Assembly (NCBI RefSeq): GCF_000143415.4
Contig: NW_003314402.1
Location: forward strand, 11,804-75,803
Length of the DNA: 64,000 nt
Source of the DNA: Selaginella moellendorffii
Taxonomy: Eukaryota > Plantae > Lycopodiophyta
Direction: 5' to 3'
Shown here: positions 1-12,454 of the stretch, in pieces
Layout: each line of letters opens with the position of its first letter
Position numbering within the stretch: the first letter of the stretch is position 1
Position numbers and translations under genes: made by a program
Notes under the pieces: generated by a model
Told to the model about the DNA's origin: nothing
Database searches by the model: none
What the model saw: the letters and a program-made list of their open reading frames with translations, nothing else

Positions 1-419
1 CTTTTTATTCAAAGGAACTTATATGGCGAGTTTTAAACAAGCAGTATTTACATAAGGTTTGTGTTTCTTTTGTTATGAAACACAAAAGAATAACAATGAA
101 ATTATCATGATAGAACACGGGTGGAGAGCTAATAATATACATTTTACTCAATCTTTCACATTCATTATTAACAACTGTATACTAGCTTATGGTATAGGTC
201 GTAAGGTTCTTTTCTTAGATGGTTCTATTTATGTATCTATAAAACTATTAGCAAGAGATGGACTTTCATTTAGGCACCAGGGCCATGAGCTTGATTTGTA
301 GAGTTACTGGTTTTGGCTGTCTATCAAAACCCTGGCCCTAACAACAAGCATAAGGACTACTTGTAAAGTGCATCCCTTGTCTTTCAACTTATTCTAAGTG
401 TAAATGTAGAGGTGGTGTG

Positions 420-885
420 TGTCGAGGGCCAGAGCCAGCTCAAGAATAAGACTTGGTCCAAGTCGGGGTTTTTTCCTTCTTTTTGGTTATAGTGGGGGGA
501 ATAAGGGAATATTCTGCTGAAAACAGGGTGCGTCCCTTGGTGCCAAAGGTTGACGATAGGGGGGATGGCCAATTTCCAGGCATAGGATGTGTGTAGAGGG
601 GGAGGGAGTGAAATAAAGAGAAGGTCTTGGAAGGATGCCTCGTCCAACAGCCTTGGAGTGCGTGGAGCGGAGGTTGGCAGTGCAGCGGCGACTACGGTTG
701 TTCGAGGAGCGTATCACAGCGAGAATCGCTCAAGATCAACCAATCTGTGTGAGTTGTCCGACTTGTGGGCAGCCCTGGGTTAGGATGTTGGCAGAGGTTC
801 TAGCAGAGGTCGCTGACGAGGCTAGAGACGAGGCTAGGCAGCAGTGATTCTCCACGTCGCTGGTGTGTTGTCGCGAGGAGCAACA
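420..885 (+). repeat. 5' LTR (466 bp)
   Basis: TG...CA ends. Near-identical to 6311-6590 apart from 186 extra bp and a few transitions. Confidence 0.95.
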
Positions 886-890
886 TCTTT

Positions 891-908
891 TGGTGCACTG
901 CCCGGGAA
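891..908 (+). other. Primer-binding site, complementary to a tRNA 3' end (Gly-like)
   Basis: Begins TGG 5 nt after the LTR. The reverse complement TTCCCGGGCAGTGCACCA resembles a tRNA T-stem/acceptor end with CCA. Confidence 0.6.
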
Positions 909-998
909 GCGAAGTGAGCGTGGAGATTGTGGTAGAAGGGTGAGCGCCAGGAGAAGCCGGGCTGCCCTCACCAAATCGAGGCCGTTCCTTCTTGGTGT

Positions 999-2906
999 AT
1001 GAGCCAAAGAAGACAAGAGTATTTGGCGAGACTTGTAGAAGCACAAGAGCGAGAGGAAAGACGAACGAAGCAGAGACGTGAGAGAGAGGCGAGAATTCTT
1101 GCGAGAAATCTGCCACTGGTTCATGAGCCTGAGAGTCCAAGAGCGAGGAGTGCAAATCCTCGTCCAAGCAGTCCTGTTAGCGAGCAGGAGAACAATCAGG
1201 AACAAGAAGACGAGTGGCAGGAGTTCCAGTCGTCACCGCCATGACAACAGCCAATAGAGCAGCAACAGCAACCACCAATCCAACAAGTACAACAACCTCG
1301 GCAGCAACAAGCAGGGAATATGGCAACGACAAAAATGAAGTATACCATCTTTAATGGTATGGGAGATCCAGATGCCCACGTGACAGCGTTTGAGAATACG
1401 TCTACAGCAAATGATGAGGCAGATGCAGCAGATCGCAGGAAACTTTTTCCAGCCACGTTACAGGGCGTAGCTGCAGAATGGATGGCTCAAGTTCCAGCAG
1501 CGACAGATTGGGCAGCATTGAGAGCATCCTTTTTGGCTACCTTTCGGCCAGTAGGCTTTTCACAGCGACTCATGAGTGATCTGAGTCATTTTCAACTCTT
1601 GCCTGGCGAGAGTTTACAAAGCTATACATTAAGGTTCAAGGGATTGATCCTCAAGAAGCAGCCACAACCAACAGAAGAAGAGCAAGCACAGTATTACACA
1701 AATGGCTTGCCTCATGCAGTTAGCTTTCATGTCTCGTGCCATAATCCACAAACTTTGGCCGATGCAATTTGTCTGGCGGGAACCTGGGAGCAAGCGCAGC
1801 TCAAGATGAGACACCACTTCAGTAATCTTGGACTGGGAGCTTTCGGCGATGGAATGATGAATTCCATGATGGGAGGACTCGGAAGCACACCGCAACAACC
1901 AATACCTACTGGACAGCAGCTTTTTGGAGTCTTTGGAACAGGTCTTGGGATGATGGACTATAGCCGCCAACAACAGCAACAATGGCAAGCTTCAACAAGT
2001 GCAGTTCCAAATCCAGTGGCAACTACAGTGGACATCCAAGCAGAGATGAAGAAAATAAAGGAAGACATGGTGGAAGCCATGACAAAAAAGATGAGTGACT
2101 TGCAATTGAACTGGGTCAGAGGGGTACAGAGCAGGCCACAGCCCGTGCGGCAGCGAGAAAACATCTGGTGTGTGCGATGCAACAATTATGGACACTACCC
2201 AAATGAGTGTCCACAGCCAGTGGTGAATCGAGAGAAGTGTCAGTATTGCCGGCGAACTAATCATCGCTCAGAGGATTGTTTTTACAAGCCAGGAAATCCA
2301 GCAATCCCTGCAAGTTACATCCAGACTGCGCCATCATCACCACCATCTTTGGCTCGAGCACCGACCTTCTTTCAACGCCCGTTTTCTCCTCCAGTCCAGA
2401 CCATGAGCTACGAGCCAGTGATTCAGGGGTATACGCCAGATATGATTCCAGTATATGCAGCAGCACCAATTCCAGGTGGCCGTGGACGAGGAGCTCCCCG
2501 TAGAGGACCTGTTCAATGCTGGAATTGCGATGAGATGGGCCACATTTCACCAAACTGTCCACATCCCAGGAAGCAGATTGGGTACCAGCCCATATGTGGA
2601 ATCTGTCAGACACAGGGCTTGCACGAGCAGGACAATTGCCCGCATAAGCTCAAGCCAAGCAAGGGGAAGGGGGTTGTAGAAAGCAATGCAATTTTTGTCC
2701 AGCAAGCTGCACCAGAATCTGGAGTTATGACACGGGCACGAAGGCGTCAACAGATGGAGAACTCTATAATTGAGGATGCTGAGGAGAAGGATGACCCAGA
2801 GAAAATTGCAAGAAAGAACCGCAAGGAGAAAAGAGAGAGCAAGCAGCCCAAATCAGATCCACCGGCTACAAATGACCAAGATAAACCAGTCCCTGATTCT
2901 AAATAA
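999..2906 (+). pseudogene. Gag with four CCHC-type zinc knuckles (in-frame stop at 1242)
   Basis: ORFs 999-1244 and 1320-2906 share a frame. Capsid-like region FNGMGDPDAHVTAFE...YTNGL. Knuckles CVRCNNYGHYPNEC, CQYCRRTNHRSEDC, CWNCDEMGHISPNC, CGICQTQGLHEQDNC. Confidence 0.88.
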
Positions 2907-5900
2907 CTACCCCAGCTAGGGCTCTGACAAGGGCCAGGGAGTGCCAAGGCGCTACGTAAAAAGTGGAAACGAGTGCTGAATCTGGAAACGCAGCCGTACA
3001 ATATTCTTCAAGACTTGGATAGTCAACGCCCGAACATCACATTCGCCCAGCTTTTGCAATTGGCTCTAGGCATGAGGAAAGTGTTGGCCGTGGCCATGAA
3101 GGGACATCGAGAAGTACTGGTTAATTCAGCTTGGCCCCTTATCACAGATCTCAGTTCCCCCTGTATAGATGTGGAGACACAAGGCAAGCTAATCTGTCAT
3201 GCTGTGATCGATGGTGGAAGTGGGGTGAATATTTTGCCTGAGGAGACCTGGCGAAAGTTCAATCTTCCAGAACCAGTTCCAGTGCCATTTATGGTTAAAA
3301 TGGCCGACGTGTCCAGCCAAGAGGAATCGTGACCGGTGTTCGCACTCAGATTGCTGGTCTAGTTTTCCACATCGATTTCGTGGTTTTGAGGATGAAGGAG
3401 GGCATGTTGGGCTATCCACTGCTGCTCGGACGTCCTTGGCTTCTCCAGGCGGCAGCTGTGCATAATTGGCGTACAGGAATTCTTGCCATTGGCGATGGCA
3501 ATAATCGTGTTAAAGTCCAAGTTCATTTTCGCCCTAGGGCACGGCGAGTACTTGGGGCAGAACAGGAGGATGAAGACAGCTCTGATACATCCAATTCTAG
3601 TAGCCAGACAAACAGTGAGGACGATGAGGAGGATAGCAGCAACACAGCCAGTTGTGAGGAGCTAGAAATGGTGGATGTGGCTGCTATCACCAAGAATTCC
3701 TGGGGTAAGCCTCTTTCAGCATGCAACACTGAGGAGCTTGAGAGCTGGCTGTGGGGAAAGGATGGAGAGTTGCCTTTCGGTAGCGTACAGGTGGTGGAAG
3801 AAGAGACTGGTGCCAGACAGTGGCGAGGACGGAGCCCTTTTCCTCGCTACATCGCTACGGTGCTACACGAGAAGTGGATGGACGGCATTTTGAATCCTGA
3901 TGTGAGGAACAATTTTTTGAGCGAGGAACTAGTTGCCACTTGCCAGCTCGAAGCTATTCCAGTGGAGCAGCCATGTTGGGCTATGCGAGCAGGGGAGCTG
4001 AAGCGGATAGTATATAGAGTTCCAGGTTTGACGATCAAGATACCAGAATTTCCAGTCGACTTGGATTTTCTGGTGGCACCTTGGAAAATGGACAACTATA
4101 TCCTGCTGGGACGAGATTTCTTAAAGGCAGTAAGAGTGTCTCATCAGTGGAATGATCCGCTTCACTTGTGGATTCCAAATCCACATGGCAATGACAGAGT
4201 GCAGATTGGCATGGAAGAAGGGGACGAGCCCAGAGAGCAAGTTTTTATCACGGTGTTGGAATCAAGAGCTGAAAATCAAGCTGTGCCAATGCCAGTGGTG
4301 TTCCAGACAGTGGAAAGTTCTGAGGCCTGGATGGGAGGAACCAAAGCGATGCATCTTACAGCATCTTTGGAGAATGTGGAACTCACAGCAATGGTGGATC
4401 TAGGAGCACTTGGCAACTTTTTGACAAAAGATGGAGCAGCTCGAGCAAGCTTGGCGATTACAGCTCTTCCTGAGCATTACATTGCCGTTTGTGCTGATGG
4501 TGGAGTTTTTCCAGTGCTGGGTCTCGTGAGTTCCAACATGGTGATTGGTGAGGGAGACTTTCATGAGGTGCCTTTTTATGTGATCGAGGGCACTGTGACT
4601 AGCGTACCAGTTACTTTGGGAGCAGCTTGGCTTTTCCAGGTACAGGCTAGTCACGACTATGTGACTGGTACTCTGGTGGTGGAAGATGATAATCATCGAT
4701 ATCGGACAATCATCTTGTCTGATATCAGTGCGTTTGATTATCACTTTTCTTACATGCTGAAAGTCGAGAAGGCTTCAAGGTTAAAAAGCAAGAAAGTGAC
4801 AGCATGCAAGGATCGTAGTATGCTCAAGTCATCACCAACTCAGCTAATTGAGATCGGGAATGGACCTCAAGATCTAGCTGGTCATCAACTTTCCGTGGAC
4901 ATGGTGCCAACAGCTGATTTGGAAGCAGGAAATTATCCCAGCTATTTTTTTAAGGAGCAGGTTGCTGATCTTCCACTCAAGGAGACTTCCGCTCGTTCTC
5001 AAGTCGATTCAGATTATTTTGGAAGGGCACCCCAGACACAGGCTGTGTTTATGGAGCAGGTTGGTGACGAGCGACGTGAGTTACTGGTGGGACACCAACT
5101 CACCAAGGAGGAGGTGGAAGCTTATCGTCAACTATTTTTGGAGTTTCGAGATGGTGTTCTGAGGCACTGCATTCTTCCTCATGAGGTGCAGCAGGTGATT
5201 GGCTCTTGCCATGATTCTCCCTACGGTGGGCATTATGCAGCAGCAGCGACTATACGGCTTGTGCTCCAAACTGGTTATTGGTGGCCAACGCTCCAGCAGG
5301 ATGTGGCAAAATTTGTGAGAAGTTGTGATCCATGCCAGCGTGTTGGGCGTCCTACTCGACGAGATGCAATGCCGTTACATCCGATTATTCCAGCTCTACC
5401 TTTTGAGAAGTGGGGAATCGACTTCATGGGGCCGTTCAAGCCTACGCGACATCGCCGGAATCGTTATATCTTGGTCTGCACAGACTATGTGACCAAGTGG
5501 GTGGAAGCTGAGGCTTTTACTGAGGACACGACAGAGAAGGTAGCAGGATTCCTCTACAAGAATATCATCACGCGTTTCGGATGCCCACTTGAGCTTGTGA
5601 GTGATCGAGGTACGCATTTTATTAATGCGGTCATTGCAGCTCTCACAACCAAGTATGGCATTTCCCATCGACGTTCAACACCATATCATCCAAGAGCAAA
5701 CGGCCAAGTTGAGAGAACCAATAAGACACTATGCGACACCATGACTAAGCTTTGCAATGCAAGTGCTAGCGACTGGGATACCAAGCTTCTTGATGCGCTA
5801 TGGGCTTACAGGGTTGCCTACAAGGTAACTACACGGTTCTCACCATTTCAATTGGTTTATGGCCAGGAGGCAATCCTTCCTCTCGAGCTGGAAGTTCCTT

Positions 5901-6298
5901 CTTTGCAGACAGCGGTAGCTCACAATTATGACTGGGATGGAGCTGTTCAGCAGCGGCTGGAGCAGTTGGAGAAGCTGGATGAGACTCGCCTCCTTGCTTT
6001 CCAAGCCCGTGAAGTTCTCCAACGTCAACGCAAGAAGTGGTATGATCATCATTTACGGGCTAAGAGTTTTCAGGAAGGAGATCTCGTGCTGCTATATGAG
6101 AGCAAGTACTGGAAGCGTCCGGGAAAGCTTAAGATCCGCTGGATTGGGCCTTATCGCATGAAGGCTGTGAATATCAATGGCTCAGTCAAGCTGGAGGATT
6201 TTGCTGGTAATCCTTTGCCCACACCGGTGAACGGAGCTCGACTGCGGTGCTACCAAGTTCCATCTGGAGAGGAGTGCTCTGGGGACGGAGCACAATAG
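2907..6298 (+). pseudogene. Pol remnant: three aspartic-protease-like domains plus integrase; no RT or RNase H
   Basis: Same frame as gag up to a frameshift near 3309, with stops at 2904 and 2925. Motifs IDGGSG..LLLGRPWL, ILLGRDFL and VDLGA..VTLGAAWL. Integrase HHCC (CHDSPYGGH..CDPC), D-D-E (GIDF, VSDRG, QVER) and GPY. Confidence 0.9.
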
Positions 6299-6310
6299 TC
6301 GCCGGGGTGA

Positions 6311-6590
6311 TGTCGAGGGCCAGAGCCAGCTCAAGAATAAGACTTGGTCCAACAGCCTTGGAGCACGTGGAGCAGAGGTTGGCAGTGCAGCGGCGACTAT
6401 GGTTGTTCGAGGAGCGTATCACAGCGAGAATCGCTCAAGATCAACCAATCTGTGTGAGTTGTCCGACTTGTGGGCAGCCTTGGGTTAGGATGTTGGCAGA
6501 GGTTCTAGCAGAGGTCGCTGACGAGGCTAGAGACGAGGCTAGGCAGCAGTGATTCTCCACGTCGCTGGTGTGTTGTCGCGAGGAGCAACA
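6311..6590 (+). repeat. 3' LTR (280 bp, internally deleted)
   Basis: Matches the 5' LTR minus 186 bp and is followed by TSD GTGTG. Confidence 0.95.
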
Positions 6591-7309
6591 GTGTGCTAAA
6601 AGTGAGCTTACTTCAAAGAAAATAATGCATTTTTCTTAATGATATTTTAGAGACTACCTTACATAATGCAATATAATAGTAGAGATATATAAAATGATTT
6701 TCCAGATTTACAACAAAGATGTTAGATGTATAGTTAATTTACATTAAATCTAGAACTGATGTATACCTTAGATGATGGAAAATCATACCATACAATCTAA
6801 ATCATATTTAGAAGCTATATCCCAAAACTTTAAACTAATTAAGAAAGAGGGTGCACTCTTATTAAACTTCAATATACTTTCTATAAATACTTAATGATAT
6901 ACATTTTTAGGGAAATATTTAGTTTGTACAATAACTATATACTTTATCTAGTTAATTTAGTATATTTTATATAGATAATTTAATAGTTTCCAATATAATA
7001 AAACTGCTAATCCGTGGCATTTTTTGGGATGCCAAGAACATCATTTTAGCATTATGTATGTATAATATACAAAGAAAATTATTACACAATATTATATTGA
7101 AGATTATTATATTATATTTCTAAAAAATAAAAAATTAGAAAACATATACTAGTAAACTATGATTAATAAAAATTAATAATATTATAATTTATGAACAGGT
7201 AAAATTTAAAGCTAAAAATATTATAGTATTATGATAGATTCTAGAAACAGTTTCAAGTATAGCCACTATTTAAAATGTAGTATTTTACAAATGGAGTGAT
7301 ATTAAAAAT

Positions 7310-7313
<4 letters not shown>

Positions 7314-7367
<54 letters not shown>
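7314..7367. repeat. (TA)n microsatellite
   Basis: About 27 TA units. Confidence 0.95.
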
Positions 7368-7369
<2 letters not shown>

Positions 7370-7417
7370 CACACACATATATAATATATATAGGTTTTAT
7401 TGCTTTATTTATAAAAA

Positions 7418-8284
7418 ATGATCACTACTACAGATGTGTATCATGTTGTATATTTTGCATATCAAGGAGCTCTAACAGCAATGAATGTAAATCCTGCTAT
7501 TATTGTTGGCGCTCTTATAAGTTTCATTACAATTGCACTTCCATCAGGAAGACACACACCAATAGAATCTACTCCAACAATGCCCATGAGAATAGCAGGG
7601 ACGGCAGGATTAACAGTTAATTTAAATGTTTTTATATTTTCAAGTTTTATAGATTGTGGTGTAGATTCTCAAGGTAGACAATTAGTTGAAAATGATAGAG
7701 TAGTGGATGTACTTACAAGAGCTAGTAGAGAAATTATCCCAATTATTTTGAGCAATAATGCAGCACATTTTTTAGCAGTTATTTTTGATCCAGAGGTTGG
7801 AGTATTTGGTTTATTATATAGTATAAGAGGTTATATCCCAAAATCTCCATCTAGTACTGCACTATTAGCAAAAGTTTCTTACTTTTGTAACCCACTGAAT
7901 ACTAGACTTATAAGTGGGTATAAGAACATGCCATTGGCAACATTAAAAATTGGACAAGAATTAATTGATTTTCCAAAAGGTTTTACAATAATAATGCAAT
8001 ATGATTGTAATGTTGTATTTTATATTGCTATTAATGCCTTTTGGAGTACAAAAACATATGGGAAAAGTTTTGATTGTAACTTGAGAATGCAAGAAGATGG
8101 TAATCTTGTTCTATATGGAGCTTTTGATATAAATAATTACTGGTCCAGTGGAAGTTATTGTAAAAGTTATAATTGTGTTATGCTATCAATATTTCATGTT
8201 CAAAAGGATTGCAATTTATTAATTTCTAAGGATGGAACTCCAAATATACCAACGTGGCAAAGTGGTTTAACTTGTAAATTGTAA
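7418..8284 (+). CDS. Bulb-type (GNA/B) mannose-binding lectin domain protein with an uncharacterised N-terminal region
   Basis: 288-aa intronless ORF. The C-terminal ~110 aa contain three QxDxNxVxY-type repeats: QYDCNVVFY, QEDGNLVLY, QKDCNLLIS. Confidence 0.7.
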   Translation: MITTTDVYHVVYFAYQGALTAMNVNPAIIVGALISFITIALPSGRHTPIESTPTMPMRIAGTAGLTVNLNVFIFSSFIDCGVDSQGRQLVENDRVVDVLTRASREIIPIILSNNAAHFLAVIFDPEVGVFGLLYSIRGYIPKSPSSTALLAKVSYFCNPLNTRLISGYKNMPLATLKIGQELIDFPKGFTIIMQYDCNVVFYIAINAFWSTKTYGKSFDCNLRMQEDGNLVLYGAFDINNYWSSGSYCKSYNCVMLSIFHVQKDCNLLISKDGTPNIPTWQSGLTCKL

Positions 8285-11200
8285 TTTTCAATTAAAATAT
8301 AGCTAACTAGACTTATTCATTTATTATTAAGTTTTTAATATTTGATACAAGAATATGAATAAACACAATAAAATTTAACAATTTTAAAATATCTTTTTAT
8401 AATTTAATTTTTTAAGATAAATCAATGTTCTTAAAATAAAGTCCTAGTCCTTAATTCCTAAAATAGAGTTGAATGGCCAAAAGTTTAATGAGCATAACAT
8501 ATTTGAGCCAAAAGCTTCGTCTTGAAAAGTTGAGAGTAGGTATGGAATTCCCAAAGAAGCACTCAAGGAATGAACACAAAATAATTGATAAGTCTCTAGA
8601 AAAAAATAAGGAATGATTAACATATAGCAAATGTTGTGATATATGAAAATGTCGAGACAAAAGTCCTAGAACCCAAGGACTTGAAGTCAATATAGTTTTG
8701 ATACTGCTATTTAGCAAGTACCCTAATTGGGATGAAGACCCATAGAGAATGGACTCTTCCAAAGGGTTAAATGTGTAATTAAATAATTAAATTAGAATGA
8801 AAAATTTAATCACTTACATTTGGTTTTAAAGTTGTTTCTTAGTCTAACTTTTATTAGGGGTTAAATATATTATCACTTAATATTGACATTTAAAGGTCCT
8901 AGAAATGATGCTATACTTAAGAAGTAGGATGTCATGATAGCATGACTCTTTATTTTGGTTCATAGGTGAACTTGAAGCAAGTGTGATAGATAAAAAAGGG
9001 GTCAATAAAAGAACAACTTTGGGATCTTGCGAAATATAAATGTTTTTCTTTAGAGAATTGAGGATATAATCTATATTAAAGTTAAGTTTTGCAAATTTGG
9101 CTTTAATGTAGTTGTGGTAGATAACTATGGACTTGAAGAAAAAAGACTTCTAGACAATAAAGAAACCATAGGATGGAAGGTAAAATTATTTTGTGTGTGA
9201 GAGTTTCTTGGCTCTTGAAGCAAGGGAAAAAGCTCAAGGTTAGGTAACAAAGAAGGGTCTTGAACAAGAGACAACACACTCATGGATAGTTTAGAAAGTG
9301 TGGTAGTGTGGAGGAAGGCATGAAGCTAAATACTTACTCTCATGATGTTTTTAAGCATAATAGATTATTTTAGATCCCTAGAATATTCTTCTCCTTATAT
9401 ATTAGTCCATGGGAGGCTTGAGTTCAGGATTTCACCCCATTTCCTTTGTGCTTAAGCTCTTTGGTGTCACAAGCATATGCATGAGTGTGCAGAGCTGTGA
9501 TTGGGGTTAAGAGATGCCTTAACAATTGGTGAGCTTATTCCAAATTGTAACATAAATGATTTTCACGTTATACCTTATAGTGATTTACCATAGAATACCA
9601 TGGAGTAGAACCTAACCTTTAGACACATGTGCCAAGGGCAATAGAGTGGGACACAAGTTTTAAGGTCTTGAGCCACTAAATGAGAGAATGAAACCCAACT
9701 CCTAAGTATATAGCCAAGGAGTGAAGGATCAAAAGTATGGAACAACTCATAAATGTTCAACCAAAGAGCGTAAGACTAAGAGTAAGGAGTAACTCCTTAG
9801 CATATAGCTAAAGAGCAAAGGGACAGGAACACAAAGTGACATTAGAACAGTCTTAACATCTCAATGCAAAGACCAATACACAAAATGGAGCTCAATAAAA
9901 TGTAGCATTATTTCAATATACAAATGGCATAATGCAAGGATATGGGTACTTCACCAGTTAGTATAGCATGAAGCAACTTTAGGCTTTCACTTCAATCTCA
10001 AGAGTTAGTCTTTGGTCTTTGGGATAAACTCAAAAACTTATTAAATATTGAATGGCACTAAATTGTAAATTTGGATGTGAGAATAACACTTATGAGCACT
10101 AACTCCATATATTCAACCATTCCATGCAAAATAGTGTTGGACAAATTTTAGCACAATTTCAACATACCTATAGTTTAATGCAAGGAGATGGGTACCCCAT
10201 TGACTAGTATAGGATGAAGCTTGGGTTTAGAGGCTAGATGTAAAACAACCTAGCAATGGCTAAACTAATGTCCCAATTGGTTGGCCATGCTTCCAATTAA
10301 TATTCCTACTATATATTGGAAGGTTTTCATTTTGTTTTTAGTTAATACATCCTATTATAGAACTTGAGTCACTTAGTCAGATGATAGAAAACGGTCTTGC
10401 TAGTTCCCTTTGTTAGTCCCTTTTTTTCAAGTGTTAGTAAATTATATTTAGCCAGATGAGCATATGAAAGGAATTTCTAAATGTCTATTTAACTACTTAG
10501 CCTAATTTATTAGTTCTCTAATTTACTTTGTCTTGAACTAGCTTGACAAAAACCCCTACAATATGGAGTTTAATCCCTTAATACTCATTACACTCTTGCT
10601 ATTATTCCTCATGTGTTGATCCCATTTAAATCCCATTAACTATTTATAAAAAGTGTCTAGACTGCTAATGAAGTATATCTACAAAATGTAGAGATTATCT
10701 TGAACACGATAATACAAGGGTTCCAAATGTATAATAGGAAACAAACCTAAGATACTATTTGGCCCCCTACTAGGTATTTTTAATCTTGAATTGGCGTGAA
10801 ATCTCTTCGATTGCTTCCTGGACAAGAATGTGATTTCCTGGACAATGATATGATCTATAAGACTATATACAACTCTTTGAGCTGCATGTACAAAGGAGAG
10901 AGCTCAATCCTTTGATCCCTTCTCTGGTGAAGTGACTTGTGGTTTTGTCTTTTGGAAAATACACAAGCTCTATACCATGTTAGTTAATGGAATATTTATA
11001 TCTTTATGTTATACCACCAGTATACTTAAATAACATCAGATTCTGTTTAACTCTATTTTATGTGCTAGTATTTGCATTGAGATGCTAGATGCTCTACAAC
11101 TATTTTAATATTGCTCCATGTTCCTATCCTTTTGCTCTTTAAATATGCACTAGAGAGTTATTTTATGCTCTTATTTCTTTATTCCTTTGTTGTACATTTG

Positions 11201-12454
11201 GGAGTTATTCTATGCTCTTGTTCCTCACTCCTTGGATATATGCTTGAGAGTTTGGTTTTGTCCCTTTGTTCAATGGCCTAAGTGTAAAGAACCAACTCCC
11301 CGATGTGTCATATGCTAAATGATCCATGAAATCACAACTGGAACAATAAAAATTTTACTCCAAGACCGAGTTCAAGACCACATCTAAGATAGAGGTTGAG
11401 ACCAAGTCTGAGATCCAAGATCAGGTCCGAGACCAAGTTTGAGATTAAGTTTGAGGTTGACTCCGATTAAGTCCAAGATTAAGTTTGAGACTAAGTCAGA
11501 ATACTAATATAGGTCATATGGTGAAAGCCTCAAGTGATTGTGTTCGCAAGGGGGGGGGGGGTGGGGCGTTTGGGGGTCTCGTCTCACTTGGGGATTAACC
11601 CCTTGGTCCAAAAATCCAATTTGGTAGGAGGGGGGGAAAAAATATATGGCTTAATTGAGGGGGAGTGGGACATTTTTCCAGAAAATGGCCCCTCCCTAAA
11701 AAGGGCCAAATCCATTGTTTAAGGGGAACATCCTGGTCCTCCTCTCTATGGCTCTACTTATGTCCTAAGCTCTTTCTCTGTAGCTTTAGCTCAAGACATA
11801 AAACATAAAACCCTTGATATTTCACCATCACGAAGTTTTTACACAACCATTTCTCTCTCTCAAAATGCCTATGGCTGCAACAAGCAACCATGGTGGATCG
11901 TCATAAGCTCTAATATGGCAAGAATCCATAACCAAGCTAAAGAAATCTAATGCCAAAAGCTGATAATTACTACAAGTGATAAAAATAAGAAAAGACAAAG
12001 GAAAAGAAAAAGAAAAAGTTGAAAAGGTGAAAAGAGAAATAAATTTTGAAGTTCTAGGTTAGAGAGAAAACCATGTGGGAAAACTTTAAGCTAGAATTGG
12101 ATGCTCAAGTTAAGAAAATTGATAAAAAGAGAAAAACAAGGAAAAAGAAGATGAACAAAGGGAAAACAAGGCATGAACTTGGACTTCAGCCTTACTAATC
12201 TCCATACTTCTAAAAAGTTCCTTAAACAAGCCCAACTCATCCCCAAAGTTCCATAGAAGAATGTGAAGTGGAGTGAATGCATTGCAAAGTGAGGGTATGA
12301 GTAGAAAGAGATAAAATTTGCAGCCTAAGAGGTGATAAGATGGATGGAATAGAGGCCACATTGTTGTAAATGATAGAAAAGAGGACTATATGTGATGTGA
12401 TGTAGTAAGACTAAAAGTAACAGATAATATGCCTTTGGGATTTGATAAAGAGCG

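Larger units (their letters stand above)
420..6590 (+). mobile_element. Ty3/Gypsy LTR retrotransposon (non-chromovirus type), non-autonomous, lacks RT/RNase H
   Basis: LTRs at 420-885 and 6311-6590 both start TGTCGAGGG and end GAGCAACA. TSD GTGTG at 415-419 and 6591-6595. PBS-like TGGTGCACTGCCCGGGAA at 891-908. Internal gag, protease and integrase coding. Confidence 0.95.

Noticed and set aside
635-847. 70-aa Cys-containing ORF repeated at 6247-6552
   Set aside because: It lies inside the LTRs, so the duplication is explained. There is no independent coding evidence.
8300-11500. AT-rich DNA with short ORFs and a degenerate 12-bp repeat near 11360-11500
   Set aside because: Probably decayed TE, but I found no assignable motif.
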